From positions 175,584,001-175,648,000 of the forward strand of contig OZ024743.1 of NCBI GenBank assembly GCA_964016885.1: 64,000 nt of DNA. The letters are read 5' to 3'. Position numbers and translations under genes: made by a program. Positions 44,401 through 56,375 of this stretch are shown here, one piece after another. Position 1 is the stretch's first letter. Each line of letters starts with the position of its first letter. This DNA is from Eledone cirrhosa (Eukaryota). The notes beneath the pieces were generated by a model. The model was not told where the DNA came from and ran no database searches. It was given only the letters and a program-made list of their open reading frames with translations.

Positions 44401-47400
44401 AGATGTCTGATTTTGAGTTTGTCGCCTGATGAATCCTAACACAGGACATTCCTATTATTTGGATGTCTAAAAATAAGGATGAAACCATGGTAGAGATATA
44501 ATTACGGTATGTACGCATTTCTTCTAAGTTTAATTTTACACCTAATTGTGTATGGTTGATGATATACTTAGTCCATTTCTATGCTGTCGAAATGTTGGAT
44601 AATTTCTCGATTGGGGCCACCGCGAAGAGGCTACGTTCGGTTATTTGTCGGAGATTTCTCCATAAGAGCCTTTCTTCTTATAGCTTGATCTAATTGATTT
44701 TTTATATGGTTAATTATGCTAATTAGAAGAAGAAATAGTATATATTTTATCTGATGATTCTAATGACATGATTTATGATATATTGCTCTGATTTTGTAAT
44801 TTATTAATTCTTCATGGAGCTTAAAAGTGACCAGTTGCAACATGTATATATCTATAATTTTATGTATATGTTAACCTTTATATTTAATAATCTCCCGAAA
44901 GGTTGAGATTAAATTTGGCGATAATTGGCTGCGCTTTCTAGCAGTAAGCAACTAATCACATTCTTTCTGGCTTGACCACAGCCACATAGCGATTCTTAGA
45001 CATTTTTGAATCTATTTTCGGCGGGATCGGATTGAAAAAATAGATGTCTGATTTTGAGTTTGTCTCCTGATGAATCTAACTCAGGACATTCCTATTATTT
45101 GGATGTCTAAAAATAAGGATGAAACCATGGTAGAGATATAATTACGGTATGTACGCATTTCTTCTAAGTTTAATTTTACACCTAATTGTGTATGGTTGAT
45201 GATATATTTAGTCCATTTCTATGCTGTCGAAATGTTGGATAATTTCTCGATTGGGGCCACCACGAAGAGGCTACGTTCGGTTATTTGTCGGAGATTTCTC
45301 CATAAGAGCCTTTCTTCTTATAGCTTGATCTAATTGATTTTTTATATGGTTAATTATGCTAATTAGAAGAAGAAATAGTATATATTTTATCTGATGATTC
45401 TAAAGACATGATTTGTGATATATTGCTCTGATTTTTTAATTTATTATTTCTTCATAGAGCTTAAAAGTGACCAGTTGCAACATGTATATATCTATAACTT
45501 TATGTATATGTTAACCTTTATATTTAATAATCTCCCGATGCGTTGAGATTAAATTTGGCTGCGCTTTCTAGCAGCAAGCCTACCCTCCGTAAGCAACCAA
45601 TCACATTCTTTCTGACTTGACCACAGCCACGTAGCGATTCTTAGCCATTTTTGAATCTATTTTCGGCGGGATCGGATTGAAAAACTAGATGTCTGATTAT
45701 GAGTTTGTCTCCTGATGAATCCTAACTCAGGACATTCCTATTATTTGGATGTCTAAAAATAAGGATGTAACCATGGTAGAGATATAATTACGGTATGTAC
45801 GCATTTCTTCTAAGTTTAATTTTACACCTAATTGTGTATGGTTGATGATATATTTAGTCAATTTCTACATGCTGTCGAAATGTTGGATAAATTTTCGTTT
45901 GGGGCCACCGCGAAGAGGCTACGTTCGGTTATTTGTCGGAGATTTCGCCATAAGAGCCTTTCTTCTTATAGCTTGATCTAATTGATTTTTTTATATGGTT
46001 AATTATGCTAATTAGAAGAAGAAATAGTATATATTTTATCTGATGATTCTAAAGACATGATTTATGATATATTGCTCTGATTTTGTAATTTATTAATTCT
46101 TCATGGTGCTTAAAAGTGACCAGTTGCAACATGTATATATCTATAACTTTATGTATATGTTAACCTTTATATTTAATAATCTCCCGATAGGTTGAGATTA
46201 AATTTGGCGATAATTGGCTGCGCTTTCTAGCAGCAAGCCTACCCGCCGTAAGCAACCAATCACATTCTTTCTGGCTTGACCACAGCCACATAGCGATTCT
46301 TAGACATTTTTGAATCTATTTTCGGCGGGATCGGATTGAAAAAATAGATGTCTGATTTTGAGTTTGTCTCCTGATGAATCTAACTCAGGACATTCCTATT
46401 ATTTGGATGTCTAAAAATAAGGATGAAACCATGGTAGAGATATAATTACGGTATGTACGCATTTCTTCTAAGTTTAATTTTACACCTAATTGTGTATGGT
46501 TGATGATATATTTAGTCAATTTCTACATGCTGTCGAAATGTTGGATAAATTCTCGATTGGGACCACCACGAAGAGGCTACGTTCGGTTATTTGTCGGAGA
46601 TTTCTCCATAAGAGCCTTTCTTCTAATAGCTTGATCTAATTGATTTTTTATATGGTTAATTATGCTAATTAGAAGAAGAAATAGTATATATTTTATCTGA
46701 TGATTCTAAAGACATGATTGATGATATATTGCTCTGATTTTTTAAATTATTATTTCTTCATAGAGCTTATAAGTGACCAGTTGCAACATGTGTATATCTA
46801 TAACTTTATGTATATGTTAACCTTTATATTTAATAATCTCCCGATGCGTTGAGATTAAATTTGGCTGCGCTTTCTAGCAGCAAGCCTACCCTCCGTAAGC
46901 AACCAATCACATTCTTTCTGACTTGACCACAGCCACGTAGCGATTCTCAGCCATTTTTGAATCTATTTTCGGCGGGATCGGATTGAAAAACTAGATGACT
47001 GATTTTGAGTTTGTCGCCTGATGAATCCTAACTCAGGACATTCCTATTATTTGGATGTCTAAAAATAAGGATGAAACCATGGTAGAGATATAATTACGGT
47101 ATGTACGCATATCTTCTAATTTTAATTTTACACCTAATTGTGTATGGTTGATGATATACTTAGTCCATTTCTATGCTGTCGAAATGTTGGATAATTTCTC
47201 GATTGGGGCCACCGCGAAGAGGCTACGAACGGTTATTTGTCGGAGATTTCTCCATAAGAGCCTTTCTTCTTATAGCTTGATCTAATTGATTTTTTATATG
47301 GTTAATTATGCTAATTAGAAGAAGAAATAGTATATATTTTATCTGATGATTCTAAAGACATGATTTATGATATATTGCTCTGATTTTGTAATTTATTAAT

Positions 47401-50400
47401 TCTTCATGGTGCTTAAAAGTGACCAGTTGCAACATGTATATATCTATAACTTTATGTATATGTTAACCTTTATATTTAATAATCTTCCGAAAGGTTGAGA
47501 TTAAATTTGGCGATAATTGGCTGAGCTTTCTAGCAGCAAGCCTACCCGCCGTAAGCAAACAATCACATTCTTTCTGGCTTGACCACAGCCACATAGCGAT
47601 TCTTAGACATTTTTGAATCTATTTTCGGCGGGATCGGATTGAAAAAATAGATGTCTGATTTTGAGTTTGTCTCCTGATGAATCTAACTCAGGACATTCCT
47701 ATTATTTGGATGTCTAAAAATAAGGATGAAACCATGTTAGAGATATAATTACGGTATGTACGCATTTCTTCTAAGTTTAATTTTACACCTAATTGTGTAT
47801 GGTTGATGATATATTTAGTCAATTTCTACATGCTGTCGAAATGTTGGATAAATTCTCGATTGGGACCAACGCGAAGAGGCTACGTTCGGTTATTTGTCGG
47901 AGATTTCTCCATAAGAGCCTTTCTTCTTATAGCTTGATCTAATTGATTTTTTATATGGTTAATTATGCTAATTAGAAGAAGAAATAGTATATATTTTATC
48001 TGATGATTCTAATGACATGATTTATGATATATTGCTGTGATTTTGTAATTTATTAATTCTTCATGGAGCTTAAAAGTGACCAGTTGCAACATGTATATAT
48101 CTATAACTTTATGTATATGTTAACCTTTATATTTAATAATCTTCCGAAAGGTTGAGATTAAATTTGGCGATAATTGGCTGAGCTTCTAGCAGCAAGCCTA
48201 CCCGCCGTAAGCAAACAATCACATTCTTTCTGGCTTGACCACAGCCACATAGCGATTCTTAGACATTTTTGAATCTATTTTCGGCGGGATCGGATTGAAA
48301 AAATAGATGTCTGATTTTGAGTTTGTCTCCTGATGAATCTAACTCAGGACATTCCTATTATTTGGATGTCTAAAAATAAGGATGAAACCATGGTAGAGAT
48401 ATAATTACGGTATGTACGCATTTCTTCTAAGTTTAATTTTACACCTAATTGTGTATGGTTGATGATATATTTAGTCAATTTCTACATGCTGTCGAAATGT
48501 TGGATAAATTCTCGATTGGGACCACCGCGAAGAGGCTACGTTCGGTTATTTGTCGGAGATTTCTCCATAAGAGCCTTTCTTCTAATAGCTTGATCTAATT
48601 GATTTTTTATATGGTTAATTATGCTAATTAGAAGAAGAAATAATATATATTTTATCTGATGATTCTAAAGACATGATTTGTGATATATTGCTCTGATTTT
48701 TTAATTTATTATTTCTTCATAGAGCTTAAAAGTGACCAGTTGCAACATGTATATATCTATAACTTTATGTATATGTTAACCTTTATATTTAATAATCTCC
48801 GAATTCGTTGAGATTAAATTTGGCTGCGCTTTATAGCAGCAAGCCTACCCGCTGTAAGCAACCAATCACATTCTTTCTGACTTGACCACAGCCACGTAGC
48901 GATTCTTAGCCATTTTTGAATCTATTTTCGGCGGGATCGGATTGAAAAACTAGATGTCTGATTTTGAGTTTGTCTCCTGATGAATCCTAACTCAGGACAT
49001 TCCTATTATTTGGATGTCTAAAAATAAGGATGAAACCATGGTAGAGATATAATTACGGTATGTACGCATTTCTTCTAAGTTTAATTTCACACCTAATTGT
49101 GTATGGTTGATAATATATTTAGTCAATTTCTACATGCTGTCGAAATGTTGGATAAATTCTCGATTGGGGCCACCGCGAAGAGGCTACGAACGGTTATTTG
49201 TCGGAGATTTCTCCATAAGAGCCTTTCTTCTTATAGCTTGATCTAATTGATTTTTTATATGGTTAATTATGCTAATTAGAAGAAGAAATAGTATATATTT
49301 TATCTGATGATTCTAAAGACATGATTTATGATATATTGCTCTGATTTTGTAATTTATTAATTCTTCATGGTGCTTAAAAGTGACCAGTTGCAACATGTAT
49401 ATATCTATAACTTTATGTATATGTTAACCTTTATATTTAATAATCTTCCGAAAGGTTGAGATTAAATTTGGCGATAATTGGCTGAGCTTTCTAGCAGCAA
49501 GCCTACCCGCCGTAAGCAAACAATCACATTCTTTCTGGCTTGACCACAGCCACATAGCGATTCTTAGACATTTTTGAATCTATTTTCGGCGGGATCGGAT
49601 TGAAAAAATAGATGTCTGATTTTGAGTTTGTCTCCTGATGAATCTAACTCAGGACATTCCTATTATTTGGATGTCTAAAAATAAGGATGAAACCATGTTA
49701 GAGATATAATTACGGTATGTACGCATTTCTTCTAAGTTTAATTTTACACCTAATTGTGTATGGTTGATGATATATTTAGTCAATTTCTACATGCTGTCGA
49801 AATGTTGGATAAATTCTCGATTGGGACCAACGCGAAGAGGCTACGTTCGGTTATTTGTCGGAGATTTCTCCATAAGAGCCTTTCTTCTTATAGCTTGATC
49901 TAATTGATTTTTTATATGGTTAATTATGCTAATTAGAAGAAGAAATAGTATATATTTTATCTGATGATTCTAATGACATGATTTATGATATATTGCTCTG
50001 ATTTTGTAATTTATTAATTCTTCATGGAGCTTAAAAGTGACCAGTTGCAACATGTATATATCTATAACTTTATGTATATGTTAACCTTTATATTTAATAA
50101 TCTTCCGAAAGGTTGAGATTAAATTTGGCGATAATTGGCTGAGCTTCTAGCAGCAAGCCTACCCGCCGTAAGCAAACAATCACATTCTTTCTGGCTTGAC
50201 CACAGCCACATAGCGATTCTTAGACATTTTTGAATCTATTTTCGGCGGGATCGGATTGAAAAAATAGATGTCTGATTTTGAGTTTGTCTCCTGATGAATC
50301 TAACTCAGGACATTCCTATTATTTGGATGTCTAAAAATAAGGATGAAACCATGGTAGAGATATAATTACGGTATGTACGCATTTCTTCTAAGTTTAATTT

Positions 50401-52884
50401 TACACCTAATTGTGTATGGTTGATGATATATTTAGTCAATTTCTACATGCTGTCGAAATGTTGGATAAATTCTCGATTGGGACCACCGCGAAGAGGCTAC
50501 GTTCGGTTATTTGTCGGAGATTTCTCCATAAGAGCCTTTCTTCTAATAGCTTGATCTAATTGATTTTTTATATGGTTAATTATGCTAATTAGAAGAAGAA
50601 ATAATATATATTTTATCTGATGATTCTAAAGACATGATTTGTGATATATTGCTCTGATTTTTTAATTTATTATTTCTTCATAGAGCTTAAAAGTGACCAG
50701 TTGCAACATGTATATATCTATAACTTTATGTATATGTTAACCTTTATATTTAATAATCTCCGAATTCGTTGAGATTAAATTTGGCTGCGCTTTATAGCAG
50801 CAAGCCTACCCGCTGTAAGCAACCAATCACATTCTTTCTGACTTGACCACAGCCACGTAGCGATTCTTAGCCATTTTTGAATCTATTTTCGGCGGGATCG
50901 GATTGAAAAACTAGATGTCTGATTTTGAGTTTGTCTCCTGATGAATCCTAACTCAGGACATTCCTATTATTTGGATGTCTAAAAATAAGGATGAAACCAT
51001 GGTAGAGATATAATTACGGTATGTACGCATTTCTTCTAAGTTTAATTTCACACCTAATTGTGTATGGTTGATAATATATTTAGTCAATTTCTACATGCTG
51101 TCGAAATGTTGGATAAATTCTCGATTGGGGCCACCGCGAGGAGGCTACGTTCGGTTATTTGTCGGAGAATTCTCCATAAGAGCCTTTCTTCTTATAGCTT
51201 GATCTAATTGATTTTTTTATATGGTTAATTATGCTAATTAGAAGAAGAAATAGTATATATTTTATCTGATGATTCTAAAGACATGATTTATGATATATTG
51301 CTCTGATTTTTTAATTTATTAATTCTTCATAGAGCTTAAAAGTGACCAGTTGCAACATGTGTATATCTATAACTTTATGTATATGTTAACCTTTATATTT
51401 AATAATCTCCCGATGCGTTGAGATTAAATTTGGCTGCGCTTTCTAGCAGCAAGCCTACCCTCCGTAAGCAACCAATCACATTCTTTCTGACTTGACCACA
51501 GCCACATAGCGATTCTTAGCCATTTTTGAATCTATTTTCGGCGGGATCGGATTGAAAAACTAGATGACTGATTTTGAGTTTGTCGCCTGATGAATCCTAA
51601 CTCAGGACATTCCTATTATTTGGATGTCTAAAAATAAGGATGAAACCATGGTAGAGATATAATTACGGTATGTACGCATTTCTTCTAAGTTTAATTTTAC
51701 ACCTAATTGTGTATGGTTGATGATATATTTAGTCCATTTCTATGCTGTCGAAATGTTGGATAATTTCTCGATTCGGGCCACCGCGAAGAGGCTACGTTCG
51801 GTTATTTGTCGGAGATTTCTCCATAAGAGCCTTTCTTCTTATAGCTTGATCTAATTGATTTTTTATATGGTTAATTATGCTAATTAGAAGAAGAAATAGT
51901 ATATATTTTATCTGATGATTCCAATGACATGATTTATGATATATTGCTCTGATTTTGTAATTTATTAATTCTTCATGGAGCTTAAAAGTGACCAGTTGCA
52001 ACATGTATATATCTATAACTTTATGTATATGTTAACCTTTATATTTAATAATCTCCCAATGCGTTGAGATTAAACTTGGCTGCGCTTTCTAGCAGCAAGC
52101 CTACCCGCTGTAAGCAACCAATCACATTCTTTCTGACTTGACCACAGTCACGTAGCGATTCTTAGCCATTTTTGAATCTATTTTCGGCGGGATCGGATTG
52201 AAAAACTAGATGTCTGATTATGAGTTTGTCTCCTGATGAATCCTAACTCAGGACATTCCTATTATTTGGATGTCTAAAAATAAGGATGAAACCATGGTAG
52301 AGATATAATTACGGTATGTACGCATTTCTTCTAAGTTTAATTTTACACCTAATTGTGTATGGTTGATGATATATTTAGTCAATTTCTACATGCTGTCGAA
52401 ATGTTGGATAAATTCTCGATTGGGGCCACCGCGAAGAGGCTACGTTCGGTTATTTGTCGGAGATTTCTCCATCAGAGCCTTTCTTCTAATAGCTTGATCT
52501 AATTGATTTTTTAAATGGTTAATTATGCTAATTAGAAGAAGAAATAGTATATATTTTATCTGATGATTCTAAAGACATGATTTATGATATATTGCTCTGA
52601 TTTTGTAATTTATTAATTCTTCATGGAGCTTAAAAGTGACCAGTTGCAACATGTATATATCTATAACTTTATGTATATGTTAACCTTTATATTTAATAAT
52701 CTTCCGAAAGGTTGAGATTAAATTTGGCGATAATTGGCTGCGCTTTCTAGCAGCAAGCCTACCCGCCGTAAGCAAACAATCACATTCTTTCTGGCTTGAC
52801 CACAGCCACATAGCGATTCTTAGATATTTTTGAATCTATTTTCGGCGGGATCGGATTGAAAAACTAGATGTCTGATTTTGAGTT

Positions 52885-52963
52885 TGTCTCCTGATGAATC
52901 CTAACTCAGGACATTCCTATTATTTGGATGTCTAAAAATAAGGATGAAACCATGGTCGAGACA
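52885..52963 (+). ncRNA. Type I hammerhead ribozyme, canonical GUC variant with perfect stem I
   Basis: TGTCTC-CTGATGA-ATCCT...AGGAT-GAAA-CCATG-GTC-GAGACA. GUC triplet at 52955-52957 and a fully Watson-Crick TGTCTC/GAGACA stem I. Confidence 0.92.
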
Positions 52964-54625
52964 TAATTACGGTATGTACGCATTTCTCCTAAGTTTAATT
53001 TTACACCTAATTGTGTATGGTTGATGATATATTTAGTCAATTTCTACATGCTGTCGAAATGTTGGATAAATTCTCGATTGGGGCCACCGCGAAGAGGCTA
53101 CGTTCGGTTATTTGTCGGAGATTTCTCCATAAGAGCCTTTCTTCTTATAGCTTGATCTAATTGATTTTTTATATGGTTAATTATGCTAATTAGAAGAAGA
53201 AATAGTATATATTTTATCTGATGATTCTAAAGACATGATTTATGATATATTGCTCTGATTTTTTAATTTATTATTTCTTCATAGAGCTTAAAAGTGACCA
53301 GTTGCAACATGTATATATCTATAACTTTATGTATATGTTAACCTTTATATTTAATAATCTCCCGATAGGTTGAGATTAGGTATGGCGATATTTGGCTGCG
53401 CTTTCTAGCAGCAAGCCTACCCGCCGTAAGCAACCAATCACATTCTTTCTGACTTGACCACAGCCACATAGCGATTCTTAGCCATTTTTGAATCTATTTT
53501 CGGCGGGATCATATTGAAAAACTAGATGTCTGATTTCTGTGTTTGTCTCCTGATGAATCCTAACTCAGGACATTCCTATTATTTGGATGTCTAAACATAA
53601 GGATGAAACCAAGGTAGAGATATAATTACGGTATGTACGCATTTATTCTAATTTTAATTTTACACCTAATTGTCTATGGTTGATGATATATTTAGTCCAT
53701 TTCTACATGCTGTCGAAATGTTGGATAAATTCTCGATTATGGACACCGCGAAGAGGCTACGTTCGGTTATTTGTCGGAGATTTCTCCATAAGAGCCTTTC
53801 TTCTTATAGCTTGATCTAATTGATTTTTTATATGGTTAATTATGCTAATTAGAAGAAGAAATAGTATATATTTTATCTGATGATTCTAAAGACATGATTT
53901 ATGATATATTGCTCTGATTTTTTAATTTATTATTTCTTCATAGAGCTTAAAAGTGACCAGTTGCAACATGTATATATCTATAACTTTATGTATATGTTAA
54001 CCTTTATATTTAATAATCTCCCGATAGGTTGAGATTAGGTATGGCGATATTTGGCTGCGCTTTCTAGCAGCAAGCCTACCCGCCGTAAGCAACCAATCAC
54101 ATTCTTTCTGACTTGACCACAGCCACATAGCGATTCTTAGCCATTTTTGAATCTATTTTCGGCGGGATCATATTGAAAAACTAGATGTCTGATTTCTGTG
54201 TTTGTCTCCTGATGAATCCTAACTCAGGACATTCCTATTATTTGGATGTCTAAACATAAGGATGAAACCAAGGTAGAGATATAATTACGGTATGTACGCA
54301 TTTATTCTAATTTTAATTTTACACCTAATTGTCTATGGTTGATGATATATTTAGTCAATTTCTACATGCTGTCGAAATGTTGGATAAATTCTCGATTGGG
54401 GCCACCGCGAAGAGGCTATGTTCGGTTATTTGTCGGAGATTTCTCCATAAGAGCCTTTCTTCTTATAGCATGATCTAATTGATTTTTTATATGGTTAATT
54501 ATGCTAATTAGAAGAAGAAATAGTATATATTTTATCTAAATGATTTTATCTGATATATTTTATCTGATATATATTTTATCTAAATGATTTTATCTGATGA
54601 TTCTAAAGACATGATTTATGATATA

Positions 54626-54663
<38 letters not shown>

Positions 54664-54757
54664 GAAAATATATAGCTTTCACCGTATTTTTAACTAAAGG
54701 AATTTTAGCTTGATAATGGGGTTTAGAACCCTTAGATAAATGGAAAAAGATGAGTAT

Positions 54758-54828
54758 TGACGTACATGGGAGTCGAACCCACATCTGTGGTTATCGCGAC
54801 CACTATGCTACCATTACACCAACACATC
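54758..54828 (-). pseudogene. tRNA-like cloverleaf (71 nt) with non-canonical anticodon loop; likely tRNA-derived element rather than a decoding tRNA
   Basis: GATGTGT TG GTG-TAATGGTAG-CAT A GTGGT-CGCGATA-ACCAC AGAT GTGGG-TTCGACT-CCCAT GTACGTC A. All four stems pair and A/B boxes are present, but the loop has G33 and U37. Confidence 0.75.
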
Positions 54829-55063
54829 ACCCATCTCTTTCCATTCAAATTAGAAACTACATTCTTAGCGAGTTTAAATGGCAAGTAAGTACGTTTTGAA
54901 ACAGTGAGCGAGTTTATTATCAAGCTAAAATTCCTTTAGTTAAAAATACTGTGAAAGCTATATATTTTCTAATTTCAAACTCGCTCACTGTTTCAAAACA
55001 TACTTACTTGCCATTTAAACTCGCTAAGAATGTAGTTTCTAATTTGAATGGAAAGAGATGGGT

Positions 55064-55126
55064 GATGTGTTGGTGAAATGGTAGCACAGTGGTCGCGATA
55101 ACCACAGATGTGGGTTCGACTCCCAT
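55064..55126 (+). pseudogene. Second, 3'-truncated copy of the tRNA-like sequence
   Basis: GATGTGTTGGTGAAATGGTAGCACAGTGGTCGCGATAACCACAGATGTGGGTTCGACTCCCAT. It joins the next unit through CCCAT microhomology. Confidence 0.7.
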
Positions 55127-55217
55127 TATCAAGCTAAAATTCCTTTAGTTAAAAATACGGCGAAAGCTATATATTTTCTAATTTCAAACTCGCTCACTGT
55201 TTCAAAACATACTTACT

Positions 55218-55219
<2 letters not shown>

Positions 55220-55263
<44 letters not shown>
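55220..55263. repeat. (TA)n microsatellite
   Basis: Directly visible. Similar tracts at ~54621-54659, 56295-56371, 56949-56990, 59863-59923 and 60751-60792. Confidence 0.97.
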
Positions 55264-55266
<3 letters not shown>

Positions 55267-55287
55267 GTATAATAAACAATACAATAT

Positions 55288-55365
55288 AATTACCTCATTA
55301 CCAGAGGTTTCCCGAATAAGACGAATACGAAAAACGTCCTCATTCGTTAATCGGACAAGGCAATT
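55288..55365 (-). ncRNA. Mirror hammerhead copy in left arm, core CCGAUUA (likely inactive)
   Basis: Reverse complement reads AATTGCCTTGT-CCGATTA-ACGAATGAGGACG...CGTCTTATTCGG-GAAA-CCTCTG-GTA-ATGAGGTAATT. Confidence 0.6.
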
Positions 55366-56113
55366 TAAAACAAAGTGAAATATTTGAAAAATCTCCTGAA
55401 GAAAGGCAAGAGTTTAACGGGTAAAAAAATATATAAATAAAAGTAATGCAAGAGATATATAAAAAATATAAGGAAATATAGTTAGGGTATGTGTATATGT
55501 ATGTATATACACTCACAAATGTACATATGTGTGTATGTACAAATGCATGTGTATGGTGAAAATGTATGCATAAGTACATATATGAGGGCACGTATATTTG
55601 TGTATGTGTGACCACAAATACGTATATAATATCAGTTGAAAAAGAAATTGTAAGAGAATATAGTTAACATACATCCAGATACAAGTATTAAATATATACA
55701 CATACGAATATGAAAGCACGTGTATAAACACACACACACGCGCGGTCACTTATATGCGGAAGATAAAGAGGGAAGGGAGTGTAATAGTAAAAACTAGTGT
55801 CATTCTCGATATATGTATAAAAATGAAACAATAGATGAGAATGAAAAAAAATTATATATGTATTTGTGGTCACACATACACAAATATACTTGCCCTCATA
55901 TATGTACTTACGCATACATTTTCACCATACACATGCATTTGTACATACACACATATGTACATTTGTGAGTGTATATACATACATATACACATACCCTAAC
56001 TATATTTCCTTATATTTTTATATATCTCTTGCATTACTTTATTTATATATTTTTTTGCCCGTTAAACTCTTGCTTTTATTGAGGAGTTTTTTCAAATATT
56101 TCACTTTGTTTTA

Positions 56114-56191
56114 AATTGCCTTGTCCGATGAACAAATGAGGACGTTTTTCGTATTCGTCTTATTCGGGAAACCTCTGGTAATGAGGTAATT
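56114..56191 (+). ncRNA. Type I hammerhead ribozyme, variant core CCGAUGA
   Basis: 11-bp stem I AATTGCCTTGT/ATGAGGTAATT (with G-U pairs); core CCGATGA 56125-56131; stem II AATGAGGACG/CGTCTTATT; GAAA 56168-56171; stem III ACC-TCT-GGT; GTA 56178-56180. Confidence 0.75.
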
Positions 56192-56289
56192 ATATTGTAT
56201 TGTTTATTATACATTAAATTTAGCTCTGGTACTTACATAGAGCACTCTTCACTCCTATGACTTTTTCAACTTTCAACGGAAACTTCAAT

Positions 56290-56375
<86 letters not shown>

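Larger units (their letters stand above)
1..54625 (+). repeat. Tandem satellite array, ~647-659 bp monomer, ~84 copies, each carrying a hammerhead ribozyme fold
   Basis: TTTTCGGCGGGATC recurs at 1, 649, 1308, 1955 ... 54156. Monomer length classes differ mainly by a 10-bp indel (AAATTTGGCGATAATTGGCTG vs AAATTTGGCTG). The copy number is estimated from length. The array is open at the left edge and ends in micro-duplications and (TA)n. Confidence 0.99.
54659..55219. mobile_element. Rearranged ~260-bp tRNA-containing repeat unit: one minus copy plus partial tandem plus copies
   Basis: 54766-54915 is the reverse complement of ~54977-55126. 54659-54719 is the reverse complement of ~54916-54974 and ~55122-55183. 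(TA)n flanks both sides. Confidence 0.8.
55263..56216. mobile_element. Long inverted repeat (arms ~367 bp, spacer ~220 bp), HHR-bearing; foldback or inverted pLTR-like element
   Basis: 55263-55630 is a near-perfect reverse complement of 55851-56216. Confidence 0.9.

Noticed and set aside
51792-52004. 70-aa minus-strand ORF within a satellite monomer
   Set aside because: It is open in only one monomer owing to a point variant (GATTCCAATG) and has no recognisable motif.
1-54625. CRISPR array, or rDNA/5S/snRNA/histone gene cluster
   Set aside because: There are no unique spacers, no recognisable rRNA/snRNA sequence and no conserved ORF in the monomer.
54758-54828. Functional tRNA-Ser(CGA) gene
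   Set aside because: It lacks U33, purine 37 and the long variable arm of tRNA-Ser, and lies inside a rearranged repeat.
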